A stretch of 20,244 bases of DNA from Candidatus Iainarchaeum sp. GTDB taxonomy: Archaea; Iainarchaeota; Iainarchaeia; Iainarchaeales; VGJJ01. Position 1 is the stretch's first letter. Each line of letters begins with the position of its first letter. The DNA is taken from contig JAZDJQ010000017.1 of the NCBI GenBank assembly GCA_043803765.1, forward strand, positions 1 to 20,244, written 5' to 3'. Shown here in pieces: positions 10,067-17,642 of the stretch. The position numbers were made by a program, and so were the translations under genes. Below the pieces are notes generated by a model. That model was not told the DNA's origin. It was given only the letters and a program-made list of their open reading frames with translations, and did no database searches.

Positions 10067-10678
10067 TCATTCACTATCCACCAGCGGAACAAAAACGAAT
10101 TTTCCATTGCGGATTCCCAGTAATAAGAGGTTGATAATAGATATTCCCGTACGATAACTCACATTAAAAGCTGCATCTCTCAGCCGTTGACGTAAATCTT
10201 CCTCTTTCATTTGGTGTCGCTTCGCCAAGCGAGTCAGAAAAAGAAACCCTCGTTTCGTGGAACATTCAGAGGAAATAATCTCCTCAATGCTAGGCCGATT
10301 CGTATATCCCATCGCAATATAATTTTCATTCAGTGGATAGGCTCTTACCGGAAGCAGTACATAATTATTGGGATGATATCGCAGGTTATGTTCCGCGACC
10401 AACTTATTGATTCTTCTTATTGAATCACCCGGGGGATGATCTTTTTTGATGACCACTTTCACGGGAGAATTTTCCTTCCTCAATTTCAGCAGGCGGACTC
10501 TTCCCCCCCACCAATCCACACTTATTTTTCCAACCTGTTTCAACTCATCGGACAAAGGAGGATAATCCTTTCGATGGTCTATGTTTTCCCATCTTTCAAC
10601 CCTTTCATCTTTCAGCAATCGTTTATTAGCTTTCCGAAGACGTGCAATCAACTGGGCGGGCAGTCGTTTATGGGGCAT
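10067..10678 (-). CDS. Basic hypothetical protein
   Basis: 203-aa ORF starting MPHKRLPAQLIARLRKANKR, with a TATA-like TTTTTAT about 26-32 nt upstream. VVIKK and YIAMGY are weakly kinase-like, but no catalytic motifs are visible. Confidence 0.65.
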   Translation of the reverse strand: MPHKRLPAQLIARLRKANKRLLKDERVERWENIDHRKDYPPLSDELKQVGKISVDWWGGRVRLLKLRKENSPVKVVIKKDHPPGDSIRRINKLVAEHNLRYHPNNYVLLPVRAYPLNENYIAMGYTNRPSIEEIISSECSTKRGFLFLTRLAKRHQMKEEDLRQRLRDAAFNVSYRTGISIINLLLLGIRNGKFVFVPLVDSE

Positions 10679-10703
10679 CCGTAAAGTGGAGTAATTTTCA
10701 ACA

Positions 10704-10716
10704 ATAAAAAGGTTGG
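10704..10716 (-). promoter_or_regulatory. Putative archaeal TATA box for a leaderless transcript
   Basis: Minus-strand CCAACCTTTTTAT ends 26 nt upstream of ATG 10678. A near-identical CCAACATTTTTAT precedes ATG 16428. Confidence 0.45.
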
Positions 10717-10747
10717 TAGAAATAGGGGGAATTTCTTTTCATTTTTT

Positions 10748-11575
10748 TTATGCGTAATACGATGGACCATTTTTCATATCCGCTTGGTCTTCCTGCTGCT
10801 GGGTCTCCTGCACTTTTCTTAGCTGGGAGATGATTTCTTGTTCCGTTTTCTTCGCCTGCTCATACAATGGATCCACTTTCAGGTTGAATGAGAATAATTT
10901 GTTGAGCCGTTTGATCAGCTCGGCTGCCGCCTTATAATCCGCTCCAATCGTCACGTTCCCCAGCATGGAGATGGCTTTCACGTTACTCTCCCTCAAATGC
11001 AGCATCATCAACGCGGTTATTCCAGTCGTAATACCATCCTCAATCATTTCAATATCGAGTCCTTTGAACATATCCCTGCTTTCCGCATTGGCAGCAATCC
11101 CATACACTTTCACATCTTTCTGTCCCGTTTGTATTCCTGCAAGAGAAATAACACGGGAAATACCATTTCCGAGTATCCATGATATTACGGTTTGTGCCAC
11201 ACGCGGAATATAGGGCCGAGGAATCACCTGCTCCGAAATAAGAACAATAAGCTTGTGCTTGTCATTCACATATATCCTAGACGGAAACACTGGAATACCT
11301 CTGTGAATGCGGATAATCGGCATGAACACTTCCGAATGAAGATGCCCAATTTCTTTGAAATCAATATTATCCACCAAATATTTGGTCGTTATCGTTCCTA
11401 CGAGCCCCATGCCGGGGAACCCCTCAATGAGCGTGTATCCTTTCCAATCCCTATGCTCAAACTCCACAAAACGAATAGTAGGCTCGATGCTCGAACGAAC
11501 ACCGGGAAAAAGGGATGGTTTGTTTCCCTGATTTTTATTCTTAATAACCATGCCGGGCATGTGCTTATTCATCAA
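10748..11575 (-). CDS. PAC2-family proteasome assembly chaperone (PbaA/PbaB-like)
   Basis: Signature LIEGFPGMGLVGTIT, PSRIY, GITTGITALMM and ADYKAAAELIKRL, with a C-terminal coiled coil ending YYA (HbYX motif). The true start may be one of the ATGs slightly downstream. Confidence 0.92.
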   Translation of the reverse strand: MMNKHMPGMVIKNKNQGNKPSLFPGVRSSIEPTIRFVEFEHRDWKGYTLIEGFPGMGLVGTITTKYLVDNIDFKEIGHLHSEVFMPIIRIHRGIPVFPSRIYVNDKHKLIVLISEQVIPRPYIPRVAQTVISWILGNGISRVISLAGIQTGQKDVKVYGIAANAESRDMFKGLDIEMIEDGITTGITALMMLHLRESNVKAISMLGNVTIGADYKAAAELIKRLNKLFSFNLKVDPLYEQAKKTEQEIISQLRKVQETQQQEDQADMKNGPSYYA

Positions 11576-11606
11576 TTTGGGGTTTATAATGAATGCCTAT
11601 TTTTCA

Positions 11607-13136
11607 TTACGCTCCTGCTAAATACCTTCCAATATGCCATAATAATTGGTTGAGGGGAACCAGCCAAATCACATACGAAAATCCTTTTTTCCATGAACCA
11701 TTCATTACTCCGGCAAACATACTCGCAATAAGGGCGTATATGAAAAGATAACCCATTGCCGCAAGCGTGGCGGTTTCCTGCAACGTTGTAGTTGTTCCCC
11801 CGCTTGAAAAAGAGAGCTGGGCAACCATTCCCGTGGTAAGACCTAGCAGTAATGGAATAAGGAGTCCACCCGCCCCCAAAATAGTGTATTTTTCAATCAT
11901 CAGCATGGCTTCTCTCTCCCTTGTCGCATTATGTTCCATCATGGCATCGCGTGCAAGCTGCATACACGGTTCATCCAATGGATGGCCACTCGCATACGTT
12001 TGAAGCAACACATGCCGTGTCCTTGAAAGAAGAGAACTATTCAATCCTTTTCCTAATTCCTGCAGTGCCCGAGGAACCGTGCTTCCTTTAGAAATAAGCT
12101 GGTGAACTCTTTTCCATTCCTCATGCAAAGGAGAAGGGGTTGCGTTCATCACATGAACAAGGGATTCGGTGAATGGAATCGTTCGAGGAAGAGATGCCCA
12201 CATGAGCAATGAATCCGGCATCTGATTTTCGAGAGAATGAATCCTATTCCTATGTTTCATTTGAATAAAAACGCAGTTTGCTATCCATGGAAAAAGGGCT
12301 GCCAGTCCAAGAAGAATAAAAAAAGTAATATCCGTCGGATGAAAATAAAGATACGCCGACCATCCTATAATGAAAAAACCGCTTCCTTCTAACGCACTGG
12401 ATATGAGGACGCGAGAATACCCTCCTTCTATTCCTTGTTGTGTTGAAATACAATCCATGTGGTTTTTCCATTCTTGGTATTGGACCAGAAAATTTTTGTC
12501 AGAAGAAGAAAAATCAATCCCTCTCACAAGCAAAGGGGTTGTTTCCCACACGATAGCCAAAACGAAAATATCCAATATTGGAAAAAGAATCCATGCGACG
12601 CCCAACAAGTGCCATGCTTCCCACTCTACTTCTAAAAATGCGCTACCAATCGTAGCAAATGACAATACAAAAGCAGGAACAAGTGCCGATACCGCGATGA
12701 ACACAAGAGCGTATAGGGTAAGCATCTCCCCGTATCGTTGAATCGCATTCTGTTCATGCAGCCGCACATTCTCAATTGTTTGATGAAGCGCACGCATTCC
12801 TTCTGCAGTAATACCTGATTTGAGAACATGTACGAGTACACTCCCGCTTTGAGTAAGGGGCTTTGAACCCAATTGGGTAATCATTTTTCCTATGCTTTCT
12901 TCCAGAGACAGTCCGCCCATTTCCACTCGATGAAGGACACGGCGCAATTCTTCCTGCATGGGAAACGGAACAAAAGGAATGCTCTTTTCCAATGCGGTTT
13001 CAGGATGAGAGTGAATACTCAATTCAAGCGCAAACGAAGACAAAAATGGTTCAATACCTGTAACAACTTGTTGAACATACTGCTTTCTCTTCCTCTTTTC
13101 AATGAACGCATGAGCGTATTCAATCCACGCCAGCAT
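11607..13136 (-). CDS. Type II secretion system F / TadC-like type IV pilus platform protein (two T2SSF domains)
   Basis: Two repeats of a cytoplasmic helical domain (EELRRVLHRVEMGGLSLEESI; PLHEEWKRVHQLISKGSTVPRAL), each followed by TM helices. The start is reassigned to ATG 13136 (MLAWIE, 509 aa), which overlaps the end of the ATPase fragment and has a G-rich run upstream. Confidence 0.85.
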   Translation of the reverse strand: MLAWIEYAHAFIEKRKRKQYVQQVVTGIEPFLSSFALELSIHSHPETALEKSIPFVPFPMQEELRRVLHRVEMGGLSLEESIGKMITQLGSKPLTQSGSVLVHVLKSGITAEGMRALHQTIENVRLHEQNAIQRYGEMLTLYALVFIAVSALVPAFVLSFATIGSAFLEVEWEAWHLLGVAWILFPILDIFVLAIVWETTPLLVRGIDFSSSDKNFLVQYQEWKNHMDCISTQQGIEGGYSRVLISSALEGSGFFIIGWSAYLYFHPTDITFFILLGLAALFPWIANCVFIQMKHRNRIHSLENQMPDSLLMWASLPRTIPFTESLVHVMNATPSPLHEEWKRVHQLISKGSTVPRALQELGKGLNSSLLSRTRHVLLQTYASGHPLDEPCMQLARDAMMEHNATREREAMLMIEKYTILGAGGLLIPLLLGLTTGMVAQLSFSSGGTTTTLQETATLAAMGYLFIYALIASMFAGVMNGSWKKGFSYVIWLVPLNQLLWHIGRYLAGA

Positions 13137-13518
13137 CTTTTTCTTCCCCCCGCTTTTTTTCATCCGAATAAAACTGCACCCATTTTTTTTCTGCCGTTGC
13201 CAAACGAGTATGAGGAAAATACAATGGAAACTGTTCTTCCAAGAAACGGGATTTTTTTTCAATCCATTTAGACGAAGAAACATGATACTCGAAAATGGGA
13301 TACACCACAAGTCCCTTTTCAGGAACGAATGAAACTTCCACCACTTGGGTTATTTTTCGTATTTGCCGAAAAGGACTATTCTTTTCCTGTACGGCCCACC
13401 GGCGCTGCACGACCAAAATGTTTACCCACCCTATGTCCTGCGGGGGAATCCCATTCTGTTGTAAACGGGCAATGGTTTCCATTGCCGTGTGCCCATGAAA
13501 GGTAGCATAGGTTCCTTT
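13120..13518 (-). pseudogene. 3' fragment of a CpaF/VirB11/TadA-family pilus assembly ATPase, interrupted by an insertion
   Basis: Reading upstream of ATG 13482 in frame gives KGTYATFHGHTAMETIARL, the His-box of secretion ATPases, followed by ILVVQRR and RKITQVVEV. Five codons further upstream is a TGA (13534-13536). Walker A/B and the N-terminal domain are absent. It sits immediately upstream of the TadC-like gene. Confidence 0.85.
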
Positions 13519-13530
13519 TACACGCGCTAC
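13502..13530. other. Candidate att core site at the left junction of the element
   Basis: Imperfect inverted 11-bp arms GTAGCATAGGT (13502-13512) and ACACGCGCTAC (13520-13530), matching 7/11, flank a 7-bp spacer TCCTTTT exactly where ATPase similarity stops. Confidence 0.5.
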
Positions 13531-13536
13531 ATGTCA

Positions 13537-13546
13537 TATTATATAC
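13537..13546. promoter_or_regulatory. TATA-like element upstream of the integrase, readable on both strands
   Basis: TATTATATA on the plus strand about 35-44 nt before ATG 13581, and TATATAATA on the minus strand facing the ATPase fragment. Confidence 0.35.
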
Positions 13547-13580
13547 TTCAACGTATGCTGTAGAGTCGAGTATAACCCTT

Positions 13581-14936
13581 ATGCCTGACTATTACGCCAA
13601 GTCTGAGAAAAGAGCAAAACTGTTATTATGTAGGCTTTTGGGTCGCCCTTTCCCTGATTATGTGAAAAAAGGTTCCCAATTTTACTACGATGTTCCGGAT
13701 GAAAACAAGCGTGCCATTGAGGCGTTTGATAATCAAATCGTTGCCAGAGGTCTCACGGATTCGTGCCGGATCCACTACCTTCGCACCCTTTGCGATTTTG
13801 CCCATTTTTCCAAAAAGCCCTATTCGCAGGTTACGGCTGAGGATACGATGGCGTTCATTTCGCACATGAAGAATGAGTATGTTTCAAAGAACTATCATAA
13901 AAAGCTCAGCAAAGCCAGCGTTAGCCATGCTAAAACAGCCATCAAGTTCTTTTTCATCAAATTTTATGAGGGCAAAGATACCAAACGTGATATTCGAGGG
14001 ATTCCTCCCATGGTTTCATGGATTAAGCGGGAGCGCGGTGACGAAATTCGCAAACTTCCCAAAGATATGTTGAGCACTCAAGAAGTTCGCCGAATGATTG
14101 AAGCCAGCCCTAATCCACGCGATAAAGCCATTGTCGCTGTCCTCTATGAGTCGGCGTGTCGTTCGGGAGAATTTTTAGAAATGAAAGTCGGGGACGTAAA
14201 ATTCGACCAATACGGTGCGACCGTAGTGGTTAGTGGTAAGACGGGTGATCGCCGCATTCGTTTAGTGGATTCTGTTCCCGATTTACAGGTCTGGATGAAC
14301 AGCCACCCATTGCGTGATGATGATACGGCTCCTGTTTGGACAGCGATTGGAATCCGTGCGAAAAGAGAGTATGAATCCCGAGGCCCAAATAGTCGATTAA
14401 CCTACTACCGAAAACCCTTGTATCCCCGTGGACTAAATCACCGCCTCAATCAAATCGCAAAATGGGCGGGAATCCAAAAAAATATTTACCCCCACCTTTT
14501 CCGCCATTCTCGCCTCACTGAATTGGCCAAAAAAGGATTCCGAGAAGCCGAACTAAAAATCATGGCTGGATGGACAGAATTGAGCAAGAGTCCTGCGACC
14601 TACATTCATTTATCGGGAGCAGATGTGGAAGAAAAAATCCTCCAAATGAATGGCGTTCTCAAAGAAGACGAAATGAGACCCGATATCAACCTCAAGCCAA
14701 TAAAATGTCCACGCTGTACAGAAAAAAACCCTGCTACAGCAAAATTTTGTTACAAGTGCAGCATGGTCTTAGACACCAAGACCGCCGTCGAGCTCGAAAC
14801 CGTCCGAGAACAAGACGACCAAGCCGTCCAAACCATGATGGCACGAATGATCCAAATGCAAAAAACAATGCAAGACTTGTTTGAAGAAATGAGCCAACTC
14901 AAAGCCCAAAATCCAACCGGAGGAAACCAAAAATGA
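13581..14936 (+). CDS. Tyrosine recombinase/integrase with an N-terminal SAM-like domain and a C-terminal zinc ribbon plus coiled coil
   Basis: The catalytic set is intact: R (ESACRSGEF), K (SGKTG), HxxR (YPHLFRHSR), W (MAGW), Y (ATYIHL). The tail has CPRC-x10-CYKC. Confidence 0.95.
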   Translation: MPDYYAKSEKRAKLLLCRLLGRPFPDYVKKGSQFYYDVPDENKRAIEAFDNQIVARGLTDSCRIHYLRTLCDFAHFSKKPYSQVTAEDTMAFISHMKNEYVSKNYHKKLSKASVSHAKTAIKFFFIKFYEGKDTKRDIRGIPPMVSWIKRERGDEIRKLPKDMLSTQEVRRMIEASPNPRDKAIVAVLYESACRSGEFLEMKVGDVKFDQYGATVVVSGKTGDRRIRLVDSVPDLQVWMNSHPLRDDDTAPVWTAIGIRAKREYESRGPNSRLTYYRKPLYPRGLNHRLNQIAKWAGIQKNIYPHLFRHSRLTELAKKGFREAELKIMAGWTELSKSPATYIHLSGADVEEKILQMNGVLKEDEMRPDINLKPIKCPRCTEKNPATAKFCYKCSMVLDTKTAVELETVREQDDQAVQTMMARMIQMQKTMQDLFEEMSQLKAQNPTGGNQK

Positions 14937-15067
14937 GCAACGGACCAAACAACATGACATACTTTTACATGGGAGCACAATACGGGCTACCCATCCTCAT
15001 ACTTGTATTTCTAATAATCATTTTTGGAACACTAATTAGCCTATTAGCACTCTCGACACTCGGCTAA
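14933..15067 (+). CDS. Small single-TM protein (44 aa), not in the ORF track
   Basis: Hand translation gives MSNGPNNMTYFYMGAQYGLPILILVFLIIIFGTLISLLALSTLG. It has an ATGA overlap with the integrase stop and GGAGG shortly upstream. Confidence 0.6.
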   Translation: MSNGPNNMTYFYMGAQYGLPILILVFLIIIFGTLISLLALSTLG

Positions 15068-15131
15068 ATCAAAAAAGAAGCCCAATCTACCAACCATTTT
15101 TGGTGGACGGCACGAAAAAAGACAGAAAAGG

Positions 15132-15164
15132 GCAAACCAAGCAAGACGCGCGGAGTTGGTTTGC
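15132..15164. terminator. Hairpin between convergent genes
   Basis: GCAAACCAA (15132-15140) and TTGGTTTGC (15156-15164) form a 9-bp perfect stem with a 15-nt loop. Confidence 0.4.
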
Positions 15165-15178
15165 AGGGAATAGACTAA

Positions 15179-15844
15179 TTATTCTATGTTTGTGGAAAGG
15201 GAGTCTTGCACATACTCAGTTATTTTTTCTTCCAATTTCTCTGACTTGGTAAATTTTTTCAATGTGTCAAAAAGTGACATTAGTTTTTCTTTAGTAATCA
15301 GATAGGCACCTCCTTCGTGGATTAAATAGAGATTATTGTCTTTGTCCGCTAGTAGATCGTGGTTCGCTCTATTCCTCCAGTTAATTGGTTTGGATAAATC
15401 CGCACAATGTCCTAAATCAACAATAGTTTTGATGTAATTTTCATCAACTTCTATAGCGTTAATTTCCAACTCGCCCGGACATTCTATTTCAGCATTTACC
15501 GTGTTTATTCGTTTTACCTCAGATTGGATTGATTCCTTAATTTCAAATAATGGAATTTGAGATGTGCGATCCGTCAGCATCACGTCTTCAATTTCTTTGA
15601 GCATTTTTTTCAAGTATTCTTCTTTGTTATTAGTTTCAAAAATAATGTCTTCTATTTTATTATTGACATTTAAGTGAATTCGGACTCTATCTTTCCTATC
15701 CAAATGGACTGACAAGTGAACCTCGTTTCCACTATAACTAAAAAAGATCCCAAAACCGCCATCCGCAAACAACTTTTTTAAAATAGAAATCTTGGTCTGC
15801 ATGACTCTGAAATTAATTTTTTTATTGGCTTTTCGACCACTCAT
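15179..15844 (-). CDS. Hypothetical cargo protein
   Basis: AT-rich ORF of ~221 aa with no recognised motif. ATG 15844 (MSGRKANKK) is preferred over TTG 15853. Confidence 0.65.
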   Translation of the reverse strand: MSGRKANKKINFRVMQTKISILKKLFADGGFGIFFSYSGNEVHLSVHLDRKDRVRIHLNVNNKIEDIIFETNNKEEYLKKMLKEIEDVMLTDRTSQIPLFEIKESIQSEVKRINTVNAEIECPGELEINAIEVDENYIKTIVDLGHCADLSKPINWRNRANHDLLADKDNNLYLIHEGGAYLITKEKLMSLFDTLKKFTKSEKLEEKITEYVQDSLSTNIE

Positions 15845-15900
15845 AAATAACAAACGACTTAAATGAAGTTAAAACCGAGCGAAAACCTACTATTTCCCTC

Positions 15901-15959
15901 GCCTCCTCCCGCGTTTTTTCCTTCGTCTCGCGATTGTTTTCGTCTTAAACCCTCGCCCT
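15901..15959 (+). repeat. 59-bp perfect direct repeat, copy 1
   Basis: GCCTCCTCCCGCGTTTTTTCCTTCGTCTCGCGATTGTTTTCGTCTTAAACCCTCGCCCT, identical to 16490-16548. Confidence 0.95.
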
Positions 15960-16059
15960 TGAAAAATACGGATTCTTTATAGGCTGGGCTAAAAACAGTT
16001 ACCGAATCTCCCGATGCCGGCCCGATAACCACGGGCACTGTATTGATTTTCCCTAAAAC

Positions 16060-16428
16060 CTAATTTCCAAAAATCGGCTTTGGGTTATAAATCGGCTTAT
16101 CCCGTATTCCCCCTTTTTTAGCTAATTCACATTGAGGGTATTTTGTTGCCCAATCCTGATTTTTATTTGGGTCTATTGAACATTCAAATTTACACCAAAA
16201 AATCTTTGAACTCTGATCGGGGTCTTGCGATACATTTATGCAATCAGTTATACAATTATTTTGCATGCATTGAATGTCGTTTATTTTAAAAAAATCAATT
16301 TGTGAGTTTACTTGGTTGAGTTGGTTAACTATCCCTTGTGCGGCATACTGTTGAGCGCGTTGTTCAGGGCTTAAACAACCGAGTAAAAAGAACATCAACG
16401 AGACCAAAATCAAAATCATTTTTCTCAT
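16060..16428 (-). CDS. Small Cys-rich lipoprotein
   Basis: Lipobox signal MRKMILILVSLMFFLLGC, six further Cys, and a TATA-like TTTTTATA 22-29 nt upstream. Confidence 0.75.
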   Translation of the reverse strand: MRKMILILVSLMFFLLGCLSPEQRAQQYAAQGIVNQLNQVNSQIDFFKINDIQCMQNNCITDCINVSQDPDQSSKIFWCKFECSIDPNKNQDWATKYPQCELAKKGGIRDKPIYNPKPIFGN

Positions 16429-16489
16429 ACCGTAAAAAGACTTGCCTCATATAAAAATGTTGGGAAATAATCATCTTTACCATCCAATA

Positions 16490-16548
16490 GCCTCCTCCCG
16501 CGTTTTTTCCTTCGTCTCGCGATTGTTTTCGTCTTAAACCCTCGCCCT
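16490..16548 (+). repeat. 59-bp perfect direct repeat, copy 2 (left arm of a long imperfect hairpin)
   Basis: Identical to 15901-15959. Confidence 0.95.
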
Positions 16549-16641
16549 AATCGGGTTCAGCCGTTCCGGCTTCAAGGGTTTTAATGCCGAATCCAACGCC
16601 ATCCGCCTCCAGAAAAAACGCTTAATGGAGGCGATTCTCAA

Positions 16642-16779
16642 ATGGATTTACGACTCAATAAACTCGATATGAATAATTTTACTCATCGGCGCATTGCGCA
16701 AATCATTGCGAAGTGTGAGCGCGGTGAAGAATTAGATAAAAATGAAGGACGTATTTTACGCTCGGAGGTGTTCCGATGA
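16642..16779 (+). CDS. Small hypothetical protein (45 aa), not in the ORF track
   Basis: Hand translation gives MDLRLNKLDMNNFTHRRIAQIIAKCERGEELDKNEGRILRSEVFR. GGAGG at 16627-16631 lies upstream, and the stop overlaps the ArdC-like start (ATGA). Confidence 0.55.
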   Translation: MDLRLNKLDMNNFTHRRIAQIIAKCERGEELDKNEGRILRSEVFR

Positions 16780-17621
16780 ACACCGCACTCGTTTCATTTA
16801 CTCGACCGTTTTCCGTGGCGAAATTAGCGCAATTGGTTCAGAATGGGTTAAACCGTTTGGTTTCTGAAACGGATTCGTTCCGCCAATCCGCCTTGTACCA
16901 ATCCTATTTGGATGCGATGGCCGCGTTTTGGTCGTACTCGTTCCGTAATCAAATGCTTATTCGGCTCCAATGCCCTATTTCTTCACGGGTTGCTGGTTTT
17001 CGTGCATGGAACCGTCTTGGTCGCCGTATTCTGCTCGGCTCGAAGGGCATTAAGATTCTCGCGCCCTACTCTCGAAAATCGGTTCGACTGGATGCGTTGA
17101 CTGGTGAAGAAAGCGAGATTGATTTTACTGCTTTTTTTCCCGTGACGGTTTTCGACGTTTCCCAAACCTACGGAAAAGAATTACCTCGACTCGACATTGA
17201 CCTTCAAGGAAACTCGCACGAATGGATGGTATCTCGATTATCTGCTTTTTGCGAATCGCATCATATTCACCTCGAAACCAAAAATATCGGCGTGAACGGA
17301 TTGTATGGATACAGTCAAGGCGGAACCATCGTATTGAGCGCAAACCAAACACCCAACATGACCGTGAACACGCTCGTGCACGAAATCGCACACGAACTAC
17401 TCCATCATTTTCCCGAAGCAAAAATGTTCTCCAACACCGAACAAGAAATCCAAGCCGAAGGAACCGCATACGTAGTATGCCAAGCGCTCGGTCTACGAAC
17501 AAAGAGCCCGCAATACCTCGCTTCTTATTCCAAAGAAACCAAGCAACTAATAGAACAACTGAATATTATCTCGGGAACGGCGAAAGAAATACTATGGTTT
17601 GTTCAGAAAACAGGTAAATGA
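16776..17621 (+). CDS. ArdC-like ssDNA-binding/antirestriction protein with a C-terminal zincin (ImmA/IrrE-like) metallopeptidase domain
   Basis: YSFRNQMLIRLQ, VAGFRAWNRLGRRI, GIKILAP and VTVFDVSQT match the ArdC N-domain. TLVHEIAHELLH and EIQAEGTAY match the HExxH metallopeptidase. SD sequence GGAGGTG is present. Confidence 0.88.
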   Translation: MNTALVSFTRPFSVAKLAQLVQNGLNRLVSETDSFRQSALYQSYLDAMAAFWSYSFRNQMLIRLQCPISSRVAGFRAWNRLGRRILLGSKGIKILAPYSRKSVRLDALTGEESEIDFTAFFPVTVFDVSQTYGKELPRLDIDLQGNSHEWMVSRLSAFCESHHIHLETKNIGVNGLYGYSQGGTIVLSANQTPNMTVNTLVHEIAHELLHHFPEAKMFSNTEQEIQAEGTAYVVCQALGLRTKSPQYLASYSKETKQLIEQLNIISGTAKEILWFVQKTGK

Positions 17622-17642
17622 TAATACTGTGAAAAGTCAGCG

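Noticed and set aside
10067-10678. Call as a protein kinase
   Set aside because: No HxD/DxxxxN or DFG equivalents are recognisable, so it is kept as hypothetical.
13137-13310. 58-aa N-terminal extension of the TadC-like ORF given in the ORF track
   Set aside because: It overlaps the ATPase C-terminal coding frame, and ATG 13136 gives a normal short gene overlap.
13480-13580. tRNA gene as the integration target
   Set aside because: No cloverleaf or T-loop GTTCRA motif is visible, and the junction falls within protein-coding sequence.
15901-16548. 59-bp repeats as a CRISPR array or a classical integron attC
   Set aside because: There are only two copies, 589 bp apart, and no cas genes. I see no RYYYAAC/GTTRRRY ends, and the integrase looks like an archaeal zinc-ribbon type rather than IntI.
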